DNA of 64,000 nucleotides from an uncultured bacterium (GCA_937996685.1 CALKUP010000002.1:177066-241065); one strand, 5' to 3'; positions 29,656 through 39,502 are shown, counted from the first letter of the stretch. The notes: generated by a model from the letters alone, not told the origin. Program-made: numbers and translations.

Positions 29656-30261
29656 ATGTCAATGGAAACAATTCAACAACTCCGTGCAGAAACAGGTGCT
29701 GGCATCATGGATGTCAAAGGTGCGCTTGATGAAGCGGGCGGAGATGCTACAAAAGCATTAGAAATTTTACGAAAACGTGGCGCTGCTGTTGCGCAAAAGA
29801 AAGCTGGTCGTGATGCTGGCGAAGGTGTTGTGATGAGTTATGTACACATGGGCCGCATTGGTGTTTTGGTTGAAGTGAACTGTGAAACAGACTTTGTTGC
29901 TCGCACAGATGATTTTCAAAATCTTGCAAAAGATATCGCAATGCAAGTTGCGTCAATGAACCCGCAATATTTGACTGCGGATAGTATCCCAGCTGAAGTG
30001 CTCGACAAAGAACGTGAAATCGCTCTCGCACAAATCGAAGGAGATAAGCCAGAAGAGGTGAAGACAAAAATTGTTGAAGGAAAAGTAAATAAATTTGCGT
30101 CAGAAGTGTCTTTGATGGAACAAAAATTCTTCCGTGATGATTCAATGACGATTCGTGAATTGGTTGAACAATCAATTGGAAAAGTCGGAGAAAACATTCA
30201 AGTGCGTCGATTCGTTCGCATGAGTCTTGACGACGCTGGCAAAACAACCAACGCGTGCTAA
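29656..30261 (+). CDS. tsf: Elongation factor Ts (short form)
   Basis: LRAETGAG, EVNCETDFVA and GENIQVRRF. Confidence 0.97.
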   Translation: MSMETIQQLRAETGAGIMDVKGALDEAGGDATKALEILRKRGAAVAQKKAGRDAGEGVVMSYVHMGRIGVLVEVNCETDFVARTDDFQNLAKDIAMQVASMNPQYLTADSIPAEVLDKEREIALAQIEGDKPEEVKTKIVEGKVNKFASEVSLMEQKFFRDDSMTIRELVEQSIGKVGENIQVRRFVRMSLDDAGKTTNAC

Positions 30262-30270
30262 AATAAAGAT

Positions 30271-31092
30271 ATGCAAATAATCGATTGGGTTATTCTTGGA
30301 ACAATTATCGCAGCAATGGTATTACTTGCGGTTTTGGTGCGACGTAAATGGAAACAGTTGCTGCTGTTAGATCTTGCGGCAATGCCAAAAGCGAAGCTTC
30401 GTTCAAAGAAATACCAATTGATTCAAGGTCGGCTTGAGCGTCGCGCAACATCAATTCTTGGTGTCGCGTCTGGCGCTCTTGCTCCGATTGGGAAACAGAT
30501 TGCTGAGCAAGTGAAACGGTTGTATGAAGCTGTGGTTGCTCTTGAGCGGAAATACAATCTTGATCAACTGATGCCACAAAATCAGAAAGACAAGGAAAAG
30601 ACTCGTCAAAAAATTGTACAAATGCTCGAAGAAGGGGCGAGTTTGTTTCGTGATGAAAAATATACTGATGCCGAACAATTGTTTTTGGATGTGATTCGCG
30701 TGAATGATCGCGAAGTGCAAGCCTATGAATATCTTGGTGAAATTTATATGCAACGTCGTGAGTTTGAACATGCTATTGAAACATTGGAATTTGCAAAAAC
30801 ACTGTCTCCAGAAGATGATCGCATTCCATTTGATTTAGCGTCTATTTATCAAACACGAGGGGAATTAGAGCGCGCAAAGCGTTATTTAACGGAGTCGATT
30901 GAGCTTGCGCCAACGAATCCAAAAAATATTGACGCCTTACTTCGTCTCGCGATTGATATGAAAGATTTGCCAGTAGCTCGTGATGTGTTGAAACGGATGA
31001 AAGAGGTGAATCCGGAAAATCAGAAAATTGAAGAGCTGCAAGCAACTATTAAACAAATTGAAAAAGATTTGTTAGTGAATCCTGGAAAATAA
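30271..31092 (+). CDS. Membrane-anchored TPR protein
   Basis: N-terminal TM and TPR-like repeats (AYEYLGEIY..A..L.P). Confidence 0.75.
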   Translation: MQIIDWVILGTIIAAMVLLAVLVRRKWKQLLLLDLAAMPKAKLRSKKYQLIQGRLERRATSILGVASGALAPIGKQIAEQVKRLYEAVVALERKYNLDQLMPQNQKDKEKTRQKIVQMLEEGASLFRDEKYTDAEQLFLDVIRVNDREVQAYEYLGEIYMQRREFEHAIETLEFAKTLSPEDDRIPFDLASIYQTRGELERAKRYLTESIELAPTNPKNIDALLRLAIDMKDLPVARDVLKRMKEVNPENQKIEELQATIKQIEKDLLVNPGK

Positions 31093-31093
31093 A

Positions 31094-31408
31094 TTAGGCA
31101 AGGTGAAGTCGTTTCGATAGTCGTTGATAATTTGCTGTGTTTGCGGCAATTTCAGCATCATGTCGATCGACTTTTTTTGCGATCCCTTCCATTGTATCGA
31201 GCATTTGCGCTTGTTGACCTTCAACAGCGGTGAGTCGAGTGTCGATATTTTTTGTTGTGTCTTGCAGGTCTAAAATCATCAGTGTGTGTTGTTGTTGCAC
31301 CTCTTTTATTTCCTGAATTTCTTCTCTTACGATTTTTCGTGTCTCCGTTTGTACAATAGTTGTAATAGCGGATAATAGTTCGGTGTCGAGTGATTTTTTC
31401 TTTTGCAT
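31094..31408 (-). CDS. Coiled-coil hypothetical protein
   Basis: 104-aa ORF with a heptad pattern. Confidence 0.65.
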   Translation of the reverse strand: MQKKKSLDTELLSAITTIVQTETRKIVREEIQEIKEVQQQHTLMILDLQDTTKNIDTRLTAVEGQQAQMLDTMEGIAKKVDRHDAEIAANTANYQRLSKRLHLA

Positions 31409-31484
31409 AAAACGGTCATAGATTGCTTATGATAGCAAGGGTGGTGACAGAAATCGTATCACATGAGCGGGGGAAAGAATAGAG

Positions 31485-31525
31485 GGCAAAAAAGCGCCGT
31501 CTGGGGAGAAAAATTTTGACGGCGC
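31485..31525 (-). repeat. 41-bp hairpin repeat, copy 2
   Basis: Reverse complement of 13502..13542 with one mismatch in the loop. Confidence 0.85.
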
Positions 31526-31604
31526 ATAATGTGCCTTGTTTATCGAATGCTTGAAATATTCGCGGTTATTCGCTACACTATTGAAGCTGTATTTTGCAGC
31601 ATAG

Positions 31605-31680
31605 GCCGTTTTAGCTCAGTCGGTAGAGCGTCACCATGGTAAGGTGGAGGTCTCGGGTTCGATCCCCGAAAACGGCTCCA
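31605..31680 (+). tRNA. tRNA-Thr(GGT)
   Basis: 76-nt cloverleaf: acceptor GCCGTTT/AAACGGC, D arm GCTC..GAGC, anticodon loop AT-GGT-AA, GGTTCGA T arm, encoded CCA. Confidence 0.97.
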
Positions 31681-31796
31681 ATTTTTTGAATAATGATTAA
31701 TTATTTTTCGGTTTTTAGTTGACAGAATATTGAAAATATGTTATTTTATCACGTCAATCTGTTTTAGATTGACCGTGCAAAAAAAGGGGTGTCTTC

Positions 31797-32266
31797 ATGC
31801 TGATTTCTTTACTGATCCTTCTTCTGGTTCAAGTCGAGCTGGGCTTGGGGTCCCGAAGGGTCCGGAAGCGATAGTGGGGCTGTGCATGAACGGCGTCGTG
31901 GTGACGGCAAATAACGGAATGATGCCGCACGTGCCGATAGTTGACACTCCTCTGAACATCGACCTCATTGTGCCGGACGCAGTGTGTCCGTACGTGCTTC
32001 CTGTTGGCTATGCTATAGCCAAGTCAGAGGAGGAGGTTCCACGGCCTAGAATGGAAGCGCAAGAAGCGCGTCTCTGGTGGCTGGGGGACATCTTCCCTGT
32101 GAGTCTTTGCATGAGTCGGAAGGAGTCCTACACGCTTACGTGGAGCGCTGGAGACATCGTTGCGTTAAGTGGCCTCCTTGTCATTTGCGGCTACGGTTTC
32201 ATAGAGATTGTACGTCGCGTGAGAAGTGTGTGGCAGGTCATTCGTCACAGGCTCTCGAAAGCCTGA
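31797..32266 (+). pseudogene. GC-rich exported/membrane orphan, probably frameshifted
   Basis: An SD-led 25-codon signal-like ORF (MLISLLILLLV..., 31797..31874) sits one base out of frame with the downstream ORF, which has a C-terminal TM. Confidence 0.4.
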
Positions 32267-32433
32267 CGTATTCGCCGTGCACCCCCTCGTCCCCGTTTAG
32301 CGTCTTCATCGATGCGACGGGGCCTTTTTTTAATATTTATATATATGGATATAATTCAGCTCGCGCCAGACGCTGTTGCGAAATAACGCGCTAGTAATTT
32401 GTGCAATCGATATATATTTATTATACTTCTTTT

Positions 32434-32496
32434 ATGAAATTCCTTTCAGCAGCTCAATCTACAACGACTACCGCCATTCATCTCATGGTTGGGTAG
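32434..32496 (+). CDS. Thr-rich attenuator leader peptide MKFLSAAQSTTTTAIHLMVG
   Basis: TATACT 6 nt before the ATG; four tandem Thr codons ACA ACG ACT ACC. Confidence 0.8.
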   Translation: MKFLSAAQSTTTTAIHLMVG

Positions 32497-32549
32497 TTTT
32501 GTTTTGAACTTCGTTGAAAGTAAACTCGCCCCAATCATGGGGCGTTTTT
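32467..32549 (+). promoter_or_regulatory. Ribosome-mediated transcription attenuator
   Basis: Mutually exclusive hairpins: 1:2 (32467-32497), 2:3 antiterminator (32482-32541) and 3:4 terminator CGCCCCA-ATCA-TGGGGCG-TTTTT. Confidence 0.85.
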
Positions 32550-32596
32550 GTTGCCGTGAAAGTGGTAATAAAAAATCACAGGATAAGGAGTAGACA

Positions 32597-33094
32597 ATGT
32601 CTACTATTCCGTTGGCTTGTCTTGATCCGCAACGGTCGGATCGTGACGGTGTGATGGTGTCGATTCAATTTCAGCCGATGGGAGTGACCCTCAACGGCTG
32701 GAATTCACGCGGTTCTTACGTGGCGTACATCTTCGAAGATAATGAGTGGAATCCGATTCTGGCGCCTGTTCCGGATGGGTCTGGGCGTTATGCTGTCATC
32801 GGCGGGATGAGCTGGTTCGACGAAGACATGATCGCACTCGCGAACGGCAAAATGACTCAGGCGATTCCGCGTTCGCGTGCGTGGACCTTCTCTCATCAGT
32901 CGCCGTCGGAGATGTGTGAGTTGATGCGAGTCTACTTCCAGCGTCGCATTCTGCAGGCCGCGTCTGTGCGTCCGGGACTGCTTCCGTCGTACGCCGACAA
33001 CCGGCTGGCGAATCTGGACTACGCCGCCTTCATGAATGAGGCAAGCCGCTACCATGAGGCGGTGTACGCTTTCTGGAAGCAGTTCGAGGCGTGA
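32597..33094 (+). CDS. GC-rich orphan protein downstream of the Thr attenuator
   Basis: AAGGAG SD, 165-aa ORF, terminator-like hairpin at about 33120..33170. Confidence 0.7.
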   Translation: MSTIPLACLDPQRSDRDGVMVSIQFQPMGVTLNGWNSRGSYVAYIFEDNEWNPILAPVPDGSGRYAVIGGMSWFDEDMIALANGKMTQAIPRSRAWTFSHQSPSEMCELMRVYFQRRILQAASVRPGLLPSYADNRLANLDYAAFMNEASRYHEAVYAFWKQFEA

Positions 33095-33231
33095 TCCGTG
33101 ATTGAGAGGTGAGGAGGGAACGAGTTTGCTTGTGGTGATGAAAGTTGCCTTGAGTAAGCTCGTATTTTTTTATTTGATTTTTGGATAATCAAAACAGCTG
33201 AGAAGGTGAGCGCGAAATAAATATGAAGGGA

Positions 33232-34417
33232 TTATTGCGGCTTTTGAATATATTGATTTCGCATTTTAATAAATGCCGTGAACATTAAAATAAAGAGCGT
33301 GATGGTTGCTATCTGGAATGCGAGTTGTAGACCTCCTTTGTCTGCAATTCGACTAAAGATAAGAATGAGTACAGTTTCTGTAATGCTGACTGCAAAATTT
33401 TGAAGTGATATAACAGTCGTACGCTGTTCTGATGTGATGTGTGCATTCAGTTCATCGTTCAGTGTTACTCTCAACATCCAGTAGCCAATCTATAATAATC
33501 ATACTTATCGGCAGCCATACACCCTTTCCTATGCTCACAGTTATAAATCCAATAAGTATGATACACAGCATGCCGGCAATACTTTGCATGATTGTAAAAT
33601 ACCCATCAAGCCAATGTGCTATCTCTGAGGCGAGTCCAGACAATACACGAAGTACGGTATAAAAAAGACCGAAATATATAATATTTAGACCAGATAATTG
33701 AAGTAGTGGTTGCGCGTAGTCCCCAAAGATATACCAAAAGATTGTCACTACTGTGAATAAGAGAATTATTGAAGATACATACGGGATAGATCTGATCTGT
33801 CGAAAAGCTTCTCCAAGATGTCTGGAGAATTGTAGTTGAGGAGCAATAATAGTTTCTTCGGCTGTTTTTGGTGGCTCGGTGGTGAGGTATGCGGCAACGA
33901 ATGATATAGCAAAAAAAGCAACAGAAATAATAAATGGGAGCTTTTGATTATACTCATAGACAAGCGGAGTTATTGAAAGCACCGCAGCGCTTGTGAGCAG
34001 TGTTAGGAATGAGAGACGTCCACTTACTTTTTTGTATTCTTTTTTTCTATGAAGGTCAGTAAGTGTGTCATATAGCATTGCTTCTGTTGTGCCGGATAAA
34101 AACGCACCCCCAATGCCATAAAAGATTGCTGCAACCAAAAAGGGGACAAAGCCGTTGCCTATTGTTAATAATATGCCATAAATAATAGCAAAGGTTGATG
34201 CAAGGATGAGTGATAGGCGTTTCCCATATTTATCCGCAAAGATGCCTCCGGGAATTTCTGTGAGAATTGATGCTATGGTAGCTGCGGCTGCTATACATCC
34301 CAATTGAGTAAAGGAAATACTGTACGAAAGGATATACAGTGTGATAACCGGAAAAGCAAACCGCTTAATAAAAAAGCCGTGTAAAAAAAGGAGGGTGATG
34401 TTGCGTTGTAGTTTCAT
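33232..34417 (-). pseudogene. MFS transporter, frameshifted near 33480
   Basis: EIPGGIFADKYGKR and SGTTEAMLYDTL. The C-terminus (SEQRTTVIS plus two TMs) is in another frame; removing one base gives about 394 aa. Confidence 0.75.
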
Positions 34418-34421
34418 TGGT

Positions 34422-35357
34422 TTATTGCAGTCCCGCTGTTGTATTTGTAATAATATCAAGCGAATCCGCAACGCCTCCCAATAACGGCTCTTTCATGTGT
34501 AGAGCAAGAATCGTTTTTGAATCGTGATCATCTCTCGTGATATCTGCAGTGAAGTCTTTTGTCCTCGCTTGGCCGTTCTGCGGCACAACGACAATTGCCG
34601 CTTCTTTCATTGAACCGTGATCACCTGGAGAGTCGCCAAAGTAAATCATTGCAGCATCTGTGCCAATTGCATCATGCAGCGCCGCTTCCTTTCCGCCGCC
34701 TTTTGGAAATATGTCAATTGAAGATGGTGCTTTTATCACAACAAAATCACCAGCCATGCCGCGGTCTTGTAGATATGACTCGACTTGTTCAAGGGCCGTA
34801 TCCGGATTGTGTCCTTCCGGCCACACCAATCCAATGCAGTGATGCAGTTTATATGCGCGCCAACCGTTTTCTATAAAACGCGTTTCAATGTCAGGCTTAA
34901 TCTGTAATAACGCTTCAGCATCTGTTGGTGTAATAGTGGAGGGAAATGTCTCGGCGTCTCCACGGACAATACTAAAACCACTTTCTGCAATAATGACCTC
35001 TGGTTCAATAGAAGGAAATAGGGTTTTTACTAAAGCGCGGACAAATTCGACGCTGCGTCCAGTGCTGAGCCCGAAATGAAAGCCTTGTGCGAGTGCTTTT
35101 TGAATGGCTGCTTGAATGCGGAGTACTGCTTCTTTGTTTTCTTCAAAATGCGCAGCGATGTTTTCCGGGGTGTGTTTGTGTTCAATAAAAATCCCATCAA
35201 CATCAAACAGCAGCCATGCGGGCTTTCCGTCTCTATTTTCCGGAGAAAGGCTTGTTTCGTGAAATAGCGCTTGCAGTGCTGCGGGAATTTGCCCAAGTTC
35301 ATCTTCAGGGATCGAGGGTTCAATACGTTTGCCTCGAAAATAGCTGTTTTCTATCAT
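34422..35357 (-). CDS. HAD-superfamily hydrolase (type IIB-like)
   Basis: FDVDG, STGR, K and GDSPGD motifs. Confidence 0.85.
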   Translation of the reverse strand: MIENSYFRGKRIEPSIPEDELGQIPAALQALFHETSLSPENRDGKPAWLLFDVDGIFIEHKHTPENIAAHFEENKEAVLRIQAAIQKALAQGFHFGLSTGRSVEFVRALVKTLFPSIEPEVIIAESGFSIVRGDAETFPSTITPTDAEALLQIKPDIETRFIENGWRAYKLHHCIGLVWPEGHNPDTALEQVESYLQDRGMAGDFVVIKAPSSIDIFPKGGGKEAALHDAIGTDAAMIYFGDSPGDHGSMKEAAIVVVPQNGQARTKDFTADITRDDHDSKTILALHMKEPLLGGVADSLDIITNTTAGLQ

Positions 35358-35418
35358 GGTGTCAGTGTAGCATAATATCTAAATCATGATAAAATACTAA
35401 GATAAGAAAAGGGTTCCA

Positions 35419-35443
35419 GGTTCGAATCCCGACAACGGCTCCA
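35419..35443 (+). repeat. Degenerate copy of the tRNA-Thr 3' end (att-like)
   Basis: GGTTCGAATCCCGACAACGGCTCCA versus tRNA GGTTCGATCCCCGAAAACGGCTCCA. Confidence 0.8.
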
Positions 35444-35444
35444 T

Positions 35445-35870
35445 ATGAACACACGAGAAGAGATTAAGCGTTATATTGATAGTCAGCCCGACGCAAAGCG
35501 CGACGACATGCAAGCCCTGGATCGGATGATTCGAAAGCTGCTCCCAAAATGCAAGCTCTGGTTTTTGGACGGCAAAAACAGCGAAGGGAAAATCGTTTCT
35601 AATCCGAATATTGGATATGGATTGCAGACCATGAAGTTAGCCGGTGGGAAAACGAGGGAGTTTTATCAAATTGGTTTGAGTGCAAACACTACTGGTATTT
35701 CCGTGTATATTCTTGGTATTGAAGACAAGAAATATTTGGCGAACACATACGGCAAAACAATCGGCAAGGCGAGTGTGAGCGGGTATTGCATTAAGTTTAA
35801 AACACTGAAAGATATTGACGTTGACGTGCTTGGAAAGGCGATTTTGGATGGGGTTAACGCGGTGCTATAA
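35445..35870 (+). CDS. DUF1801 (YdhG-like) protein
   Basis: YIDS...R..M..L..MIR, IGYG and GK...CIKFK pattern. Confidence 0.75.
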   Translation: MNTREEIKRYIDSQPDAKRDDMQALDRMIRKLLPKCKLWFLDGKNSEGKIVSNPNIGYGLQTMKLAGGKTREFYQIGLSANTTGISVYILGIEDKKYLANTYGKTIGKASVSGYCIKFKTLKDIDVDVLGKAILDGVNAVL

Positions 35871-35956
35871 GTTTTTGGACAGAGGCATGTGAGCTTTAAT
35901 AATGCTTTTTTGTTATACTCAATTATATGTTATAGCATCGTTAAATATGTAGTTAT

Positions 35957-36700
35957 ATGACCAAGCCAGATTACGCAGAATTTGATAACCCACGCCTTGC
36001 AAGAGTATATGATAGTTTTAATTCTTTGACTGATGACCGGGTATTTTGGTTGGATAAGCTCAAAGAGCTGGGAGTGCAACGCATAATAGACGTAGGATGT
36101 GGAACAGGCTTGCTAACATGCGAATTAGCACAACTTGGCTATACAGTAGTTGGTGTAGAGCCCGCGCAGGCGATGCTTAAGCTTGCTCAAGAAAAAGAAG
36201 GAGCGAAGAAGGTTATGTGGTTACTAGGCAGTACCGAGCAGCTTCAAGGTCAAAAAGCAGATATGGTTATTATGACAAGTCATGTCGCACAGTTTTTTGT
36301 TAGCACTGAAGAATGGCATAAGGCATTGGCAAATATCTATGAAGCGTTGGAAAAAAGAGGGGTGATTCTTTTTGACAGCAAAAATCCATTGAGTGCGCCA
36401 TGGAAAAATTGGAGCAAAGAGAATACACAACGAACAAAAACTACACCAGAAGGAGAAGTTGTATTTTGGATTGACGCGCCTGTTGTTAGTGGGAATCAAG
36501 TGGAATATGAATTGCATTATCTGTTCTCAAAAGATTCAGAAGAGCTTGTTTCAAAAAATGCACTAGCATATCGCCCCAAGGATCAAATAATGGAAGACTT
36601 GAAAACAGCGGGCTTTCAGGTTGAAAATGTATACGGGAATTGGAACGGGGATGAGTACAGCGAAGACAGTGAGGAAATAATTTTTTTAGCGAAGAAATAG
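35957..36700 (+). CDS. Class I SAM-dependent methyltransferase
   Basis: IDVGCGTG and GVEPA..ML. Confidence 0.88.
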   Translation: MTKPDYAEFDNPRLARVYDSFNSLTDDRVFWLDKLKELGVQRIIDVGCGTGLLTCELAQLGYTVVGVEPAQAMLKLAQEKEGAKKVMWLLGSTEQLQGQKADMVIMTSHVAQFFVSTEEWHKALANIYEALEKRGVILFDSKNPLSAPWKNWSKENTQRTKTTPEGEVVFWIDAPVVSGNQVEYELHYLFSKDSEELVSKNALAYRPKDQIMEDLKTAGFQVENVYGNWNGDEYSEDSEEIIFLAKK

Positions 36701-36777
36701 GAGAAAGTGGCTTGAGTTTATATTTAACTCATGACAATCAAAAATATTATAAAAAATAATTCTTTAAATCGTTTATT

Positions 36778-37155
36778 TTATTTAACGTACATGAAAGATT
36801 GCGGTGGGTGTTGAATTTGAAAGTCTTGCTTTAAGCACAGGGGTTTATTATACCGTTCCACAAATTTTATTTTAATTGCATGTCCCTGGGACTTGCCTAA
36901 AAAATAACTATCAAAAAAACTTTTTGTAATACCAGAGTCTTCTTTGGTTTGTCTCCAAAGTTTCGTAGGCGATTCTGATATGACATTTTCAATTTCAAAT
37001 TCACCTATAACTTTTTGTACTGGATAAGATGCATACACTATCACCCTAGTTATTTCAGGATTTTTAAATAAAATTTTTCTAAACTCATATTTTTTTGACC
37101 CCTCAAAAATCTTTTCCGCGTATTCGGGTTTAATCGACAATAATACTTTCATCAC
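36778..37155 (-). CDS. ASCH domain protein
   Basis: LLSIKPEYAEKIFEGSKKYEFRK (GxKxxExR) and PPQSFMY. Confidence 0.88.
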   Translation of the reverse strand: MMKVLLSIKPEYAEKIFEGSKKYEFRKILFKNPEITRVIVYASYPVQKVIGEFEIENVISESPTKLWRQTKEDSGITKSFFDSYFLGKSQGHAIKIKFVERYNKPLCLKQDFQIQHPPQSFMYVK

Positions 37156-38653
37156 TTTTGGATTCTTTTATTATTTTCATGAAATGATCCCAAGGAATTT
37201 TTTGAAAACCCCTTGGCATATTTGTGACACTTTGTATTATACCTAAATCAATTAATTTAGCTAGATTGATTCGTCTAGGTAAAGAGTACGCGTATAGAAA
37301 ATTTAATACAAATGGTCTATATTTTGGATTTTTATTCCACATTTTTACTAGTCCTGCTTGATCAAAAACTGAGCGTTTTCTGCAGGCACGTATAAATTCA
37401 ACAGGGTCTTTAATGTTGTCGATGACAGAGTCTACGATTCCAATCGTGGTTACGACACCGTCTCTAAAGCCACCATTTCTATAGAAGACAATAATATCAC
37501 CGGGCTTCATAGTTCGCGTTGGAGCGTGTGATATATAAGGCTTACTAATGGCGTTTCTATGTGGTTGTTGTTCAATAAAACCAAGGGGGGACTCGGTCTT
37601 TAAAATTGAATCGGGAAAAAATTCTGTATGATAGACCTGATTTATGCAGGTAAAGTATACATCGGCATTCTTTTTAACGAAGGGGTAGCTAGATTTTGGT
37701 TCGTCTAGAGATGGTTGAGTATTTATGAATTTTCTAACATATACTCGTTCATCACCATTGGTGGTTTTTTTTATTCCCCAGAACTTAAAGCCGTACTGTT
37801 CTAGTAAGAAGATAAGACTCCCGTGGGCATGTGTTTTTTCAAATATAGTCACATAAATCTCATCCACTTTATATTGTAACGCATTATCAAAAATAATTTT
37901 AATGAATCGTTCTCCAATTTTTAAACCGGTAACTTGTACTTTTAAAGTGCCGATCTTTAGTCTTTTTTTTGGTAAAAATACAGGTGTTATATTGTGATAA
38001 CTTTCGGATTGAGATTCTAGTTTTATATAAAGAAAGGCCTCAAGGTTCCCGTCATCTTCATATACATACGCTGTTTCTTCAGACTTCGAGTTAAACCATT
38101 CGTCAAACTCCTCGTAATCTGCTCTAAAACTATCAAAAAAAGTATCTTGTAGATTGATCTCTCCAAATAATTTCTTTTGTACAGATTTTACTCTGTAATC
38201 AACTAGACTAGGATTTTCCGTTATTATTTTTTCAAGTAGTTTTTCGACAGTGTAAATTTTATCATCGATATTCAAGAGTGCGGCTTTTTTGTGTATCTTT
38301 AGGTCATCCGTAATCAAGCAATCAACGCGATTGCTGTAGACCTCATTTAGAAGGGTTGAGTCATTGATGTCATTTTGATTTTTGTCATGTTCAGCAGAGA
38401 TTTTTTGCACTTCTGGGCTAATCTGCGCTGGCGACTGAATCGTATAATAATTATCAGACTTGACTTGCATTGCCTGCACGACCTTGGGGTCAGCATGGTT
38501 TGATAATTCAGACCTAGTTATTGGATGGATGCACTTTTTATAGCCAAGTTGGTCGAGCCAATAAAAAAGACGGCCAATATCTTCATGTCTCACATATCTA
38601 CCCTCGCGACTCACAATAACATTTGTATCAAGTAATATCTTTATATTTGTCAT
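37130..38653 (-). CDS. PIN + GNAT + EVE/PUA-like multidomain protein
   Basis: ILLDTNV...LITDD (PIN); LKIGTLKV..GLKIGERF..EIYVT..YGF (GNAT); MKPGDIIVFYR..TIGIV (EVE/ASCH-like). AT-rich. Confidence 0.8.
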   Translation of the reverse strand: MTNIKILLDTNVIVSREGRYVRHEDIGRLFYWLDQLGYKKCIHPITRSELSNHADPKVVQAMQVKSDNYYTIQSPAQISPEVQKISAEHDKNQNDINDSTLLNEVYSNRVDCLITDDLKIHKKAALLNIDDKIYTVEKLLEKIITENPSLVDYRVKSVQKKLFGEINLQDTFFDSFRADYEEFDEWFNSKSEETAYVYEDDGNLEAFLYIKLESQSESYHNITPVFLPKKRLKIGTLKVQVTGLKIGERFIKIIFDNALQYKVDEIYVTIFEKTHAHGSLIFLLEQYGFKFWGIKKTTNGDERVYVRKFINTQPSLDEPKSSYPFVKKNADVYFTCINQVYHTEFFPDSILKTESPLGFIEQQPHRNAISKPYISHAPTRTMKPGDIIVFYRNGGFRDGVVTTIGIVDSVIDNIKDPVEFIRACRKRSVFDQAGLVKMWNKNPKYRPFVLNFLYAYSLPRRINLAKLIDLGIIQSVTNMPRGFQKIPWDHFMKIIKESKSDESIIVD

Positions 38654-38827
38654 ATATCAAACACTAGCAAAAAAAGAATATAATTCCTAGTTATGGCATG
38701 GAATATCCCATATAATTGGGTCAGTAGTATATCATTTTAACTATTATAAAAGTATCGGAACTTTTTCTATTATATATATTCAAATACGCCTCTTATAATT
38801 CCCAAGAGAATAGTGTAGTCTATAGAC

Positions 38828-39460
38828 ATGCAAATACTCCTCATAGCACTCATCATTCTCATTGCCGCGATCAGCATTTGGACAGCGTTCGGCTATTTCA
38901 GCGTCAAAAACCTTGAAGAGCCGGCATATACCGTTATCGATACAAAAAAGGGATATGAAATTCGGAAATACGAATCTTATCTCGTTGCGGAAACAACCGT
39001 CTCCGGAGATTACGACGCCGCGCTGAACACCGGCTTTTCGCGCATCGCAAATTACATCTTTGGAAACAATACAAGTCAGACGAAACTAGAAGGTGAAGGC
39101 GCGCGTGGTGAAACAACATCGGAAAAAATTGCAATGACAATCCCTGTCGCGCAAACACGCACTGGAGACAATGAGCGCGTTGTCTATTTTGTGTTACCGA
39201 GTAAATATTCAATCGACACAATTCCACAACCAAACACACACAATGTTCGTGTGCGAGAAGTGAGTTCGTTTACAGCGGCAGTGTTACGATTTTCATGGTA
39301 TGCAACAGAGCGTCGCATTGAACACAAACAACAAGAGTTGTTCGACGCATTGAAACGCGATGGTGTGCAGGTTTCTGGCAAGCCAACAACTGCGCTTTAC
39401 AACCCGCCAATCTCTCCACCATATCTGTTGCGGAATGAAATTATTATTCCGATAAAATAA
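38828..39460 (+). CDS. SOUL heme-binding family protein
   Basis: EEPAY, YEIRKY, GF.RIANYIFG.N, IAMTIPV and RNEI. Confidence 0.88.
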   Translation: MQILLIALIILIAAISIWTAFGYFSVKNLEEPAYTVIDTKKGYEIRKYESYLVAETTVSGDYDAALNTGFSRIANYIFGNNTSQTKLEGEGARGETTSEKIAMTIPVAQTRTGDNERVVYFVLPSKYSIDTIPQPNTHNVRVREVSSFTAAVLRFSWYATERRIEHKQQELFDALKRDGVQVSGKPTTALYNPPISPPYLLRNEIIIPIK

Positions 39461-39502
39461 TAGATCTTGCTAAATCAAAGAAATGCACTATTATAAAAAC
39501 CT

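Larger units (their letters stand above)
31681..35443. mobile_element. Putative degenerate genomic island at tRNA-Thr
   Basis: Bounded by the tRNA 3' end and a 22/25 copy of it at 35419..35443. Mixed-GC accessory cargo; no integrase seen. Confidence 0.5.

Noticed and set aside
32350-32400. TATAAT followed by a short GC-rich stretch as a small RNA or riboswitch
   Set aside because: Weak pairing and no match to any riboswitch consensus I know.
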